This document shows positions 19,920 to 29,183 of a stretch of DNA of 64,000 bases, in pieces. A model generated the notes under the pieces. That model ran no database searches, had not been told where the DNA came from, and saw only the letters and a program-made list of their open reading frames with translations. Source of the DNA: a virus (lineage: Duplodnaviria; Caudoviricetes); the IMG/VR virus record IMGVR_UViG_3300011868_000001, positions 1-64,000 of that record, one strand, 5' to 3'. Position 1 is the first letter of the stretch. The number at the start of each line of letters is the position of its first letter. The position numbers were made by a program, and so were the translations under genes.

Positions 19920-20474
19920 CTAGCCAGTATTTTTTAATGCGAATAGGTTGACGATGCGGTTGCCATCAGCAAACACTACTGGTTTAGTGCCAGGATGACT
20001 CTTCTTTGCAATGAGGTCGAACATAAGGTTACTGATCTCAAACCGTATCCCTGGGGCATCACCTAGTTTATTCATTACAGGATCACCCACAAGGAAGAAG
20101 ATAAACCGTGCTCGTTCTCCCTGAGGGCGATGAAAGACGAACTTCTCCTTGCCGAATGAGCCGATCCCTAATGGATACGTACCTACCATGATGAGTTCGG
20201 CGTGCCACCGATCAATGATCTCTGGATAACCTTCGGCATAAAACTCACCCTGTAAGCCTTTCTTTGAAAGGATGTCGATGACCATGTCGGTCACCGCACC
20301 TTTGATCATGAGCTTAGCGTAGTCACGCCCAAGACCCCCTTTGAGGTCAAGGAAGATATAGAACGTGGCCTCATTGAGCACGGTTTCATGTACCAGTGCT
20401 TTGAGGGTCTTTAGCATTTTCCTTTTCCGCGATCGCCACGCTAACAGGTCCCAGAGCATCGTCAGGTACAGCAT
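19920..20474 (-). CDS. hypothetical protein
   Basis: ORF; start uncertain. Confidence 0.55.
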   Translation of the reverse strand: MLYLTMLWDLLAWRSRKRKMLKTLKALVHETVLNEATFYIFLDLKGGLGRDYAKLMIKGAVTDMVIDILSKKGLQGEFYAEGYPEIIDRWHAELIMVGTYPLGIGSFGKEKFVFHRPQGERARFIFFLVGDPVMNKLGDAPGIRFEISNLMFDLIAKKSHPGTKPVVFADGNRIVNLFALKNTG

Positions 20475-20904
20475 AATGATAAATTCCGTCTTGCAGGCTA
20501 TCGAGAATCTTAGGCAGGTGCAGGTGCAGTAGGGTGGACAACGCCTTGTTGATTCGACAGATCAGCAACATGGTATTGTCTTTATGAATCACGGCCTGAA
20601 GCATCAGGTGTTCGCAGCGATAGGGCATCAGAAGGTTAATCGCAGCCTTAAAGCTTGGTTCCTCAAATGCATAGCCTTCGGTCCCAACCGCCAGGATGTG
20701 CCAGTAGTCGTACTTGTCATTGTCTTTGAAAACGATCTGCCAAGTCGAATCATACACACCCAATGTGCCCGAATAACGGCGCGTCTCGTCATCTGGGGTC
20801 ATGTCAACGAAATCCTGTCTGATCACCTCAGTATTGTATAGCAGGTCATCGATCTCATGAGGTTCTGGACACGAGCCTTCACGAAATACCAGCATCTTTT
20901 TCAT
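20386..20904 (-). CDS. hypothetical protein
   Basis: ATG with AAGGA SD. Confidence 0.6.
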   Translation of the reverse strand: MKKMLVFREGSCPEPHEIDDLLYNTEVIRQDFVDMTPDDETRRYSGTLGVYDSTWQIVFKDNDKYDYWHILAVGTEGYAFEEPSFKAAINLLMPYRCEHLMLQAVIHKDNTMLLICRINKALSTLLHLHLPKILDSLQDGIYHYAVPDDALGPVSVAIAEKENAKDPQSTGT

Positions 20905-20965
20905 GGTGTAGTGTCCTTGATAATCTACACTATCGGCCTAGAGTTTATTTATTAACGAGGACGTT

Positions 20966-21430
20966 ATGCATCATCTCTATCATGGATCGGGCTACCAGCA
21001 GACTGAACTGAAACCCGGTGTACATTATACCGGTGAAGTCGTGCGTTGGGATAAAACCGAATCGAACGAGTGGTTATATGCGACCACCTCCATGGAAGAA
21101 GCCATTGCTCAGGGCTTTGCCTCCACGGTGGAGAAGCATTTCAAATTGGCACGCTACCGGTCCCATGGCCGGGTACTCGAGCTGGTCTTCAGTGGACCTG
21201 TGCCTTCGCTCGATCAGCTTAAAGGCCTCTCGGTGTACCTGTACAAGATCGACTGGATTAAAGATCAGTGGATCAAGGTCGATAACCTGCACAACGGCAT
21301 GACCAACGAGTACAAGACGCAGGCTATCCTTAAGGATGTCATCGACAGCTGCACGGCGGTTGACCTCAATCACTGGCTCAGCCGTAAAGAGATCAAGTTG
21401 TTGGCCAAGAACGCTGGGATGAACTGGTGA
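20966..21430 (+). CDS. hypothetical protein, possible ADP-ribosyltransferase-like fold
   Basis: GAGGA SD; LYHGS...WLYAT...VYLY pattern. Confidence 0.55.
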   Translation: MHHLYHGSGYQQTELKPGVHYTGEVVRWDKTESNEWLYATTSMEEAIAQGFASTVEKHFKLARYRSHGRVLELVFSGPVPSLDQLKGLSVYLYKIDWIKDQWIKVDNLHNGMTNEYKTQAILKDVIDSCTAVDLNHWLSRKEIKLLAKNAGMNW

Positions 21431-21487
21431 TTTAGAACGAAGCCTGTCTATGGTGTGATTCTACCTTACTCTATTAAGGACGTCCCC

Positions 21488-21844
21488 ATGGAAATAGCGA
21501 TCGATTTGCACAGCATCATCGAGGAAGACTGGCTCGCCGATGAATACACCAAGTTGTTTGTGGGGATTGATCGCAATGGTGAATACGTCCATCCCAAGAG
21601 CGCTATTACGTTAGAGTGTTGGAAGTGCATACCCAAGCATCTCCGACCCTCTGGCCCTGCGTTCAAGGAAGCCCCAGAGGCGTTGGTCCTGGCGCTGTTG
21701 CGTAAGGGTGGTAAGTTCTATTCGCTTTATAACAACCTTGAAACCAAGTCGACCGACCAGGCAATCAAGTGGTTGAGTACGCTGCACCGGTTTCCGGAAG
21801 GCGATCTTAACGAAGTGACCGCTAACTTGAACCGCCCTGCCTGA
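21488..21844 (+). CDS. hypothetical protein
   Basis: ATG 21488 with AAGGA SD. Confidence 0.6.
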   Translation: MEIAIDLHSIIEEDWLADEYTKLFVGIDRNGEYVHPKSAITLECWKCIPKHLRPSGPAFKEAPEALVLALLRKGGKFYSLYNNLETKSTDQAIKWLSTLHRFPEGDLNEVTANLNRPA

Positions 21845-21897
21845 CAAAGAAAAAAAGAAAGAGGGGCGTTGGCCCCTCGATCTATTTTGTTTCTCCC

Positions 21898-22662
21898 TCA
21901 ACGACCGTTGAGGAAGTCCTTGGCTTGCTTGGATGTCAGGTTCTGCATACCCTTACCACCGAAGCGGTTGGCAGCAGAACTGATACCGGCAAACTGATTG
22001 TCACCGATGTAGTAGACGAACGAGATGTTGCCTTTGGTAACATGCAGGATGCCGCTGAATGTGTCGTTCAACGTCGCACGATGATAGCCACGCGGCAGGT
22101 TCATCGGGCGATTGTCGAAGTCAGCCAGCTCAAGCAAGATACCCTCAGGCCGACGGATGTTGCGCAGGAAGTGATCCCAGAACATCGGTGCGGCGACATC
22201 CATAGGTTCGGTTTCGGCCACAACCTCGACTTCAGGCTGAATAACTTCTTCGCTCACTTCCACCGGGGCGACGGCTTCCACTACAGCTTCAGGCGCCTTG
22301 TACTGCGGCTTTCTGATTTCCACCACCCGCATCCGCGATACCGAGGTCAGACCGGTGTCATCAACGAGCTTGATGATATCCACAGGCTCCTGAGGCGCTT
22401 CAGGTGCAACGATCTCGGGCTTAGCCGCCTCAGCTACCGCTTTGGCCGCCGGTGCCATAGGAACGTCATACAGGCCCATCATGCGAGCACGGATTTCCTG
22501 CTTACGCAGTGCGATCTCTTCAGCAGACAGTTTCTTCTGCGGATCGGCACCCAGCTCCCGAGCCACTTTACGCGATTTCAGGCTCTTCCAGCCCAGACCA
22601 CCTACAACGGCCGAAGTAACAGCCACAGTAGCACCTGCAACAATCATAGCGACATTAGTCAT
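21898..22662 (-). CDS. membrane-anchored hypothetical protein
   Basis: N-terminal TM helix plus basic residues, P/E/V/A-rich linker; AAGGAG SD. Confidence 0.7.
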   Translation of the reverse strand: MTNVAMIVAGATVAVTSAVVGGLGWKSLKSRKVARELGADPQKKLSAEEIALRKQEIRARMMGLYDVPMAPAAKAVAEAAKPEIVAPEAPQEPVDIIKLVDDTGLTSVSRMRVVEIRKPQYKAPEAVVEAVAPVEVSEEVIQPEVEVVAETEPMDVAAPMFWDHFLRNIRRPEGILLELADFDNRPMNLPRGYHRATLNDTFSGILHVTKGNISFVYYIGDNQFAGISSAANRFGGKGMQNLTSKQAKDFLNGR

Positions 22663-22717
22663 GTGTGTTCTCCTTAAGAACAAAGGTAATGAACGGAGAT
22701 TTATTCTCCTTGTTCAC

Positions 22718-22732
22718 CGCTATCATGTATCG
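22718..22732 (-). promoter_or_regulatory. candidate early promoter (GATACATGATAG)
   Basis: Matches 18531 copy; AT-rich upstream. Confidence 0.5.
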
Positions 22733-22752
22733 TTGAAAATATTTCGAATCGA

Positions 22753-22784
22753 CATACAGGGAGGGCCGAAGCCCTCCCTGTATG
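22753..22784 (-). terminator. stem-loop (UUCG loop on minus strand)
   Basis: catacagggagggc-cgaa-gccctccctgtatg. Confidence 0.85.
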
Positions 22785-22787
22785 CTG

Positions 22788-23090
22788 TTACGACTTGGCC
22801 ACACACATGCGATAGAACTCCTCATGCACATCGAGGATCTCCTGCAAGGTTGTTACTGTTTGAATCCGGTCAATGAACACCCCAGCCGAGGCCATGATGT
22901 GGATCAACAGTTCTCGTGCGGCTTCGAATTCATCACCCTTGAGCAGTTCCTTGGGCGCATCACGCCACATCTCCAGAAATACTCGCAAATGACTAGCCGT
23001 GATTCGAGCTGCCATCCAGCGCTCTCGGTTGTCAAGAAACCCCGGCGGCGTACGATTAGCCGGAGAGATAGAGACGTGCATCAGTGTCAC
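22788..23090 (-). CDS. hypothetical protein
   Basis: ORF between assembly gene and hairpin. Confidence 0.55.
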   Translation of the reverse strand: MTLMHVSISPANRTPPGFLDNRERWMAARITASHLRVFLEMWRDAPKELLKGDEFEAARELLIHIMASAGVFIDRIQTVTTLQEILDVHEEFYRMCVAKS

Positions 23091-23098
23091 CCCTGTAA

Positions 23099-23755
23099 TT
23101 AAACGGACTCGGTAGGCTCGACCGTCATCGACATGTCAGGTGGCGGCACCAGGTAGAACGACCAGGTGACTGCTTCCAAGGCGGCACGGTCTTCCAGTTC
23201 ATAGGCCATGAGCAGGCGCTTTTCAGCAGCATGACGCTCGGCCGTGAACAGCGCCATGGCGGGCGAGAACTGGCTGTCGTTGTGGATCACCCGGTTGGCC
23301 AGATCAAGCAAATCGCTTTCCAGGCCTTTGATCTGACGGCTCTGTGCCAGATCATAAAGAAACGGTGCTTCACTGCGAGGGAAATCTGCGATGACCCGCG
23401 CTGGGTCAGCAGCCATCCAGTTGATGACTACACGCGCCTCGGCGATCTGAACTGGCCAGGTGATGGTTTCTGCCAATGGATAACCTGACTTGATGAAATT
23501 TACAGCCGACTCGTATTCTTCACTCAACTGATGGATACGGGTCTGGAGCAGGATATTGAGAGGCAGAACCACAGGCTCTGCAATCGGCGCATCGACCAAT
23601 ACAGGATATCCATCATCACCTGGCTGTAGAACCTTGGTACCAGTCTCTAACTGCGCCATGATAGCATTGTAATCAGCATCGGGCACAGGCACAACATCTA
23701 GCCAGATAGAGCCATCATTGATGAAGGCGTTTCTACTAGGGGAATAATACATCAT
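23099..23755 (-). CDS. tail fibre assembly-like protein
   Basis: YYSPS..F...Y..I......G..L.P.DDGYPVLVD.P N-terminus and YP..E..TW..Q..EAR typical of Tfa-like proteins. Confidence 0.65.
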   Translation of the reverse strand: MMYYSPSRNAFINDGSIWLDVVPVPDADYNAIMAQLETGTKVLQPGDDGYPVLVDAPIAEPVVLPLNILLQTRIHQLSEEYESAVNFIKSGYPLAETITWPVQIAEARVVINWMAADPARVIADFPRSEAPFLYDLAQSRQIKGLESDLLDLANRVIHNDSQFSPAMALFTAERHAAEKRLLMAYELEDRAALEAVTWSFYLVPPPDMSMTVEPTESV

Positions 23756-23773
23756 GTTACATTGCTCCAGTGA

Positions 23774-24052
23774 TTAGGGGAGATAGGTCAGCCAGATATC
23801 ACCATCGGCACCGTCGGCCGAAGTGGGCGAGGCAGTGGAGATGAATACATTGCGTTTACCCATGGATTTGAGCCCTAGGTCAATGTCTCCAGTCCCATCG
23901 AAATCCACCCCTTGAATCTTGCGAGCAGTACTCAGACGCTGGGCTGCAGTAGCGGTACCGGTCACATCCAATTTACCCCCTAGGCGAGTCAGCATAGCGG
24001 TGGTCATACGTTGGATAGACAGTACGGCGGCTGCAAATGAGGAGTTGCTCAT
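23774..24052 (-). CDS. miniature tail fibre-like protein (92 aa)
   Basis: KLD...TA..A.RL.TARKIQGVDFDGTGDI and STASPT..DG.DGDIW fibre motifs. Confidence 0.65.
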   Translation of the reverse strand: MSNSSFAAAVLSIQRMTTAMLTRLGGKLDVTGTATAAQRLSTARKIQGVDFDGTGDIDLGLKSMGKRNVFISTASPTSADGADGDIWLTYLP

Positions 24053-24102
24053 AAGTCACCTATGAAATTGGTAATACGGTAAGTCTCATAGGATGACAGC
24101 AC

Positions 24103-24964
24103 AAAAAAACAGCGAGGCAAAAAAATAAAGGAAGTCTTGGGAAGGGCAGATATATACGTCAGCTTGCGAGAGCGCTCAGGCTCTAACGGACCGCCGTCCG
24201 TCCTGCGTAAATTGATCCCCTTCCCGTAACCTTTGCTACCAGCGCCTACGAATTGGTAGGACTTGGACAGAACATGTCTGTCAATTGCCGAACTTAATCG
24301 GTTGAGATATGGTGGTAGCTGTGCTACTCGACCTAGGAATGCTTACGGGGCCCACAACCACCGTGCAATTCGACAGATCGAGCCGTCTTCAATACCTGCC
24401 CACTTACTACTTCACTTGGAGCTTCACCGCGATCAATTCCAACGTACAGTTCAATCTCATGGTAGTATGGTAATACTGCCTTAAACAGCGCGATGGCCGG
24501 GGTCTCGAGATAGAATGAGTTGTTTGGTGCACTAAAGTGTTGCTCGCTGGAAAACCACCCGGCTGCTACCTGGCCAGTGTGTCCAATCAAGTGTCCTAGT
24601 AAGAAGACCAATATCAAGACTGGTCCGCGTGTGACGATACCGTCCTCCTTGAAGGGGGTGTTTAGTGGGGCAATTGGACAGTGCCCAGATCCTGTCAGTT
24701 AAGGTTCAAAGTCACGTCAAGGTCGTCACCAGACCACGGCCCTTTACCGTGCGGCGCGACTTCGGCGCAGATAGCGTGAGGCGAAGCGTATCGAGGCACA
24801 CGCTCAATCCGACACTGGAGTGTCAGGTGGTAGGGTGGTTTAAACCCTACCTTGACCTGACAACTTACCCAATGTGCCTGACTGAGTGCGGTCCCACGGA
24901 TGGCCTCGCAAAGCCAGTCAAAGTACATGCATGTCCTTAGACGATGTCACAGTGCTACTACATA
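24103..24964 (-). ncRNA. putative large structured non-coding RNA (about 850 nt)
   Basis: No credible ORF; more than 12 hairpins and nested helices; TATG at 5' end and A-runs (U-runs on minus) at 3' end. Confidence 0.45.
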
Positions 24965-24990
24965 GATATAGTCGCGCTCGTAAAAACTAA

Positions 24991-25278
24991 CTACCCCATA
25001 GCAATGCCGCCGCTACCTCCGCTTGGCACAACAGTGTCTTGATTGAAGTAGATTCGACGGATCTCCCCGGTTTCGATGTCGATCAAGATACGTGAACTGG
25101 ACTGCACACCACTGTCGGGTTCGCCTTCATACTCCACCGTCATCTCGATGGTTCGGCCCATCGAGAAGCTTAGACGTTTTTCAGTGTCGACGCGGTTGAC
25201 GGTTACGACCATTTCAGTCATGTACCCAGCTAAGAGTTTCAATAGCGGGTGGTGACGTTCGACATCTTTAATCTTCAT
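24991..25278 (-). CDS. hypothetical protein
   Basis: ATG with GAGGA SD. Confidence 0.6.
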   Translation of the reverse strand: MKIKDVERHHPLLKLLAGYMTEMVVTVNRVDTEKRLSFSMGRTIEMTVEYEGEPDSGVQSSSRILIDIETGEIRRIYFNQDTVVPSGGSGGIAMG

Positions 25279-25287
25279 GCTTCCTCC

Positions 25288-26487
25288 TTAAGAGAAGACA
25301 GGGCCATTGGGGACAAAGCCAAAGCCTTGACGACGGTTGGCCATATGGCTGCCAAACACGTTTGATCCGAGTGGAACATGACGCCCGTTATCATCTTTAC
25401 GTGGAATATTTTTATTGGCCAGGACACCTTCGCTGGCATAACCGAATTTCACCATGATTTCAATGGAGAGGTTCGTGCCTTTGAGGCAGACCTTATTCGA
25501 TCCCTCTTTGGAGAGTTTGGTCATGTCAAGATTGTGAATCACCGCCTTGTGCCGGATGATCCCACCGTCTGCATCAAGCTGTTCTTCATGCAGGACGACA
25601 CGATCTGCGCTGTTGTCAACGAAGACATGGTACCCATAGTCATCCTCTTTCAGCGTTGCGTCGACGACCTTGACATCCTCGATGTACCATTGGGTCTTTG
25701 GGAATTCCGGTACGTTAAGAATTTCCAGACGATCTGCCAGTTCATCGGCACAAACCAATCCGGCGGATTCGCGCACAGCGCACATCAGTGAATCGAAGTT
25801 AAGGTGATGAACCTGGGTGTTGATGTATTCGTAGAAGCCAGCATGCAGGGATTCCGGAATGGACATGGTTTTCAGGATGTCCGCCAGGGTCTCCTTATCA
25901 ACCCCGCCACTGTAGGGGATTGCATAACGGAAGCGCTGGGGACGATGGAACAAGTATTCAGAGAACTCTTCTCCTTCATTACCAGTGATGACGAACATGG
26001 TGCCTTGGAAGGAGGAATCACTGAACAGGGTCAGCATGCGCTGACGGTCATTAATGTCATGGTAGACCTTACCAAACTCGTCGATATAGATCATGCACGG
26101 ACCTACCGCCTGAATCACAATGCGAATCTCAGCGGCGGTCATGGGAGTATCGATCATCACGACCGGCAGGTCTTGCTTGATCATCCAGTTACCCAGCTCT
26201 TCAGCCATGAGCGACTTACCGGTACCCTTCTGGCCATACAGCAGAACGCCTGTGCTGTTGCCATCTTTGCTATAGCCGGAGGTGATTTGATTGAAGTAAC
26301 GCTTGTGACGCCCGAAGCGCAGTTGCGGCAGGTTGAACGTCGGCCGGTCTTTGATCAGAATGATCTTGTCACGGACCACCGCCTTATACACCATCGCGGG
26401 GACGTGATCGATGGTATTGGATTGATCGGTGACCGAGATGGTCAGGATGTTGTCGTAGTTGTTGATGGTGATGGATGATTGTTGCAT
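25288..26487 (-). CDS. AAA+ ATPase
   Basis: Walker A GQKGTGKS, Walker B IYIDE, sensor TGN, RPQRF; start moved to ATG 26487. Confidence 0.85.
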   Translation of the reverse strand: MQQSSITINNYDNILTISVTDQSNTIDHVPAMVYKAVVRDKIILIKDRPTFNLPQLRFGRHKRYFNQITSGYSKDGNSTGVLLYGQKGTGKSLMAEELGNWMIKQDLPVVMIDTPMTAAEIRIVIQAVGPCMIYIDEFGKVYHDINDRQRMLTLFSDSSFQGTMFVITGNEGEEFSEYLFHRPQRFRYAIPYSGGVDKETLADILKTMSIPESLHAGFYEYINTQVHHLNFDSLMCAVRESAGLVCADELADRLEILNVPEFPKTQWYIEDVKVVDATLKEDDYGYHVFVDNSADRVVLHEEQLDADGGIIRHKAVIHNLDMTKLSKEGSNKVCLKGTNLSIEIMVKFGYASEGVLANKNIPRKDDNGRHVPLGSNVFGSHMANRRQGFGFVPNGPVFS

Positions 26488-26578
26488 GGTGAGTTCCTTG
26501 ATGAACGGGTTATGGTATTTATTGGTTGATCGATGCGGCATAGCGGTGATGGGCGTGCTGCCCATCACCGTGTGTCAC

Positions 26579-27646
26579 TTAGCCTTCTACAGCAGCTTCC
26601 TGACTCCGTGCATCGGTCTTGCACTGTTCGCGCAGGATGACTTCCATATCGTCCAGATGCTCGATCAGATACTGAGTCCAAGGCTCGCAACGTGCATGCA
26701 GCTCACGCAGTTCGTCCTTGGTCTTCCAGCCGATGGTGGTGTACTTCTCTTCCAGGACCTTGAAGTCCACGGTCGAATCCACACGGAACATGGCCAGCAC
26801 GCCCAGGTGAGTGTTGCCCACGAAGCCCGGCTTGTCCATGTCGCGATCCGATACGAAGCCGTACGGCACCAGGTTGCTGTGCAGTTCGAGCGCTTCGACT
26901 TGCTTGATCGGAGTCTTGCCGGAGAACATGGCGAAGACTTCAGCCAGCGACGGGCCGTCGGCCAGGGTGTAGAGGTAGCCTTCCTGGGTTTCATCGTCAC
27001 GATGAATGATGGCTGCTGGGGTGACGAGCAATGCACCTTCGGTGTGTTCTTCGGTGAACGCACCTTCGACGACGACATGATTGAGCTTGGTTTCGAAGGC
27101 GAAACCCACACGCATGTCTTCGATCATCTCCTCGACCGTGTACTCGCGCTCCACATCACCCTTGGTGAAGAACATCACTTCTTCTTGCAGCTCGCGCATA
27201 CCGGAGTTCATGGTGGAGTAGAAGCTCGAGGGCACTTCAGGAACCTGCAGCATGCCGCGCTCGGTCTTGATGTAATGGCCCACCAGATCATTGCACTCGA
27301 CGTGACCACCAAAGCCCATGGAGAAGCCATCTTTAAGACGGGCTTCAGAACCGGCAGCGCGCTGGTACACGGCGAAACGAACTTCGTCGTTTTCATCGAT
27401 CATACCGGCGGTCGTGTACAGGATCAGTTGACGGACGTTTTCCAGCTTATCGATCAGCGAGCGACGCATGCCGACGAAACCTTCATCCATCTGCATCATG
27501 AGGTCATGGACCTCATTGGAACTGTACAGTCGGGCATCACCTTTCATGTTACCGACGAGGTTGTGCGGTACGTATTCCGGCAGGATACCGAAGGTCATTT
27601 CGTCACGCTTGGTGCGGATGTACGTCTTAGGTTGTTGCTGGCTCAT
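26579..27646 (-). CDS. NUDIX-like phosphoesterase with internal insertion
   Basis: Y.R....EARL....S.GFGGH, MRELQEEV Nudix box, VG..HLG. Confidence 0.7.
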   Translation of the reverse strand: MSQQQPKTYIRTKRDEMTFGILPEYVPHNLVGNMKGDARLYSSNEVHDLMMQMDEGFVGMRRSLIDKLENVRQLILYTTAGMIDENDEVRFAVYQRAAGSEARLKDGFSMGFGGHVECNDLVGHYIKTERGMLQVPEVPSSFYSTMNSGMRELQEEVMFFTKGDVEREYTVEEMIEDMRVGFAFETKLNHVVVEGAFTEEHTEGALLVTPAAIIHRDDETQEGYLYTLADGPSLAEVFAMFSGKTPIKQVEALELHSNLVPYGFVSDRDMDKPGFVGNTHLGVLAMFRVDSTVDFKVLEEKYTTIGWKTKDELRELHARCEPWTQYLIEHLDDMEVILREQCKTDARSQEAAVEG

Positions 27647-27700
27647 TGGAGCACTCCTTGGTGGTGATGTTAAACAGTGGTGGACGGAAAGGGGAAGGGG

Positions 27701-27979
27701 TTATCGGCCATTACCAGCACGGTCGTAATAGCGTTCGAGTTTAGCATAGTGTTTTTGCTTGGCTGGGGTCAGCCTCTTGAGGATGCCTTTAGAGCTAGCT
27801 ACTCCGCATTGCGGATTCCAGTAAACATCACGCAGCCAGGTGTGGGTCAGAAGGCTTTGTACCATGTAAGTGTCCCACAAGCGTCGCTTGGGGTTCCAGT
27901 GTGACTTCTCACGTTTCAGGCGCTCAAGCCCTTCAGTGCCTACGTATTGGAAATGTTTCTTACCGAGCTTACGGCTCAT
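27701..27979 (-). CDS. basic hypothetical protein
   Basis: ATGA overlap with upstream gene. Confidence 0.6.
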   Translation of the reverse strand: MSRKLGKKHFQYVGTEGLERLKREKSHWNPKRRLWDTYMVQSLLTHTWLRDVYWNPQCGVASSKGILKRLTPAKQKHYAKLERYYDRAGNGR

Positions 27980-29094
27980 CGGCTACGCTCCTGTTTGTAT
28001 TTTTCAACGCCGTCGTCGATCTCGATCTCCAGCCACTGGGCATATCCAGCTTTCACTCCCATGCGCGCCTTATGATGCTCAATGCGGTAGAGATTGTCAT
28101 CGCCCTTGCTGACACGAGCACTGACATCAATGGCCTGCTTCTTGAAGTAATGACGCCAGTCTTCAGGTAGCTGGTGACGATTGATTTGAATGTCCAGGAC
28201 CTCGGCCTTATTGGACAGGATGCTGGTCTCGTACGCCCATCCGAAACACAGTTCCTTGGTGCTGTTGGTGTCACGGATAGTGATCCACAGACGTTGTTCA
28301 CCTGGCAGGGGTTGTGGCCGGCGCTTGGCAAAGTGCTTCTCTTCCGGTGCTGGCGGTTCCAAGCCTGCCATGATGGTCAGGTGATACGCCAGTGACGCAC
28401 GAGCAGCTTTGGTCAGATGTCCTTCGTAGGTCTGGAACCATTCAGGCAGATGACGCTTGGTCCAACCGCGCATACTGAGCAACTCACGAATATGCGCCGC
28501 ATCATGCGTACTGAAAGTATCGGTGTAGAGCAGCAGACTGCGGGTGGCATCGACCATGTCTTCGCTCATGTGCTCGGCATCTGGCACGATGACATGACCC
28601 TGCCCGAGCAGATGGAGATGACGCATGTGTTCAGGCAGATTATCGATCAGGCGAAGTGCAGCCACTGTTTCGCCATTGAGGATGTGTTGGCGCAGCTGCT
28701 GCATCCAGACAAAACCACTTTTGATAGACACCGCATCGGTGTCTGCCCAGGTTGTCCCTGTTTCGATGGACAGATCGGGCGCACCTTTCGAAACATCAAT
28801 GGTGGTCACGGCGGTAGACCCAGCCAGTGCTTGTAGGCGCAGCTTGGTGACCAGTGCGTCGAACCGGGCAGTGTCTTCATCTGAAATGGCATTGTACCCA
28901 CGACCCCAGCCACGCCAGCTCAAATTGTTACCGTCTCCGTCGTCGCTGTTCATCCATGCCTCGATGTTACGCTCTACGTCTTCACGCCACTCTTCAAAGT
29001 GGGCAACGACTTCAGCCGGCACTGGGATGTTCTGAGCAAAGACTTCTTCTTTGAGCCAGTCCTCTAAGGTGGCGGCTCCGTAGTAATCAGACAT
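27976..29094 (-). CDS. hypothetical protein
   Basis: ATG 29094 with AAGGAG SD. Confidence 0.7.
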   Translation of the reverse strand: MSDYYGAATLEDWLKEEVFAQNIPVPAEVVAHFEEWREDVERNIEAWMNSDDGDGNNLSWRGWGRGYNAISDEDTARFDALVTKLRLQALAGSTAVTTIDVSKGAPDLSIETGTTWADTDAVSIKSGFVWMQQLRQHILNGETVAALRLIDNLPEHMRHLHLLGQGHVIVPDAEHMSEDMVDATRSLLLYTDTFSTHDAAHIRELLSMRGWTKRHLPEWFQTYEGHLTKAARASLAYHLTIMAGLEPPAPEEKHFAKRRPQPLPGEQRLWITIRDTNSTKELCFGWAYETSILSNKAEVLDIQINRHQLPEDWRHYFKKQAIDVSARVSKGDDNLYRIEHHKARMGVKAGYAQWLEIEIDDGVEKYKQERSR

Positions 29095-29183
29095 GTTACA
29101 CTCCTTGACTGAACATACATGATGATACATTCGTTTTCTTTGACAGACGGCATAAACGGCGCCCCTAAGGACGCCGCCTATGA

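Noticed and set aside
24235-24319. tRNA gene (cloverleaf-like junction)
   Set aside because: No correctly placed T-loop (TTC) or D-loop GG, arm spacing wrong and no CCA; kept as part of the ncRNA candidate.
24964-24973. AGATATAGTC resembling the group I intron S element
   Set aside because: No matching upstream GACTA (P7) or P/Q elements on that strand and no interrupted gene.
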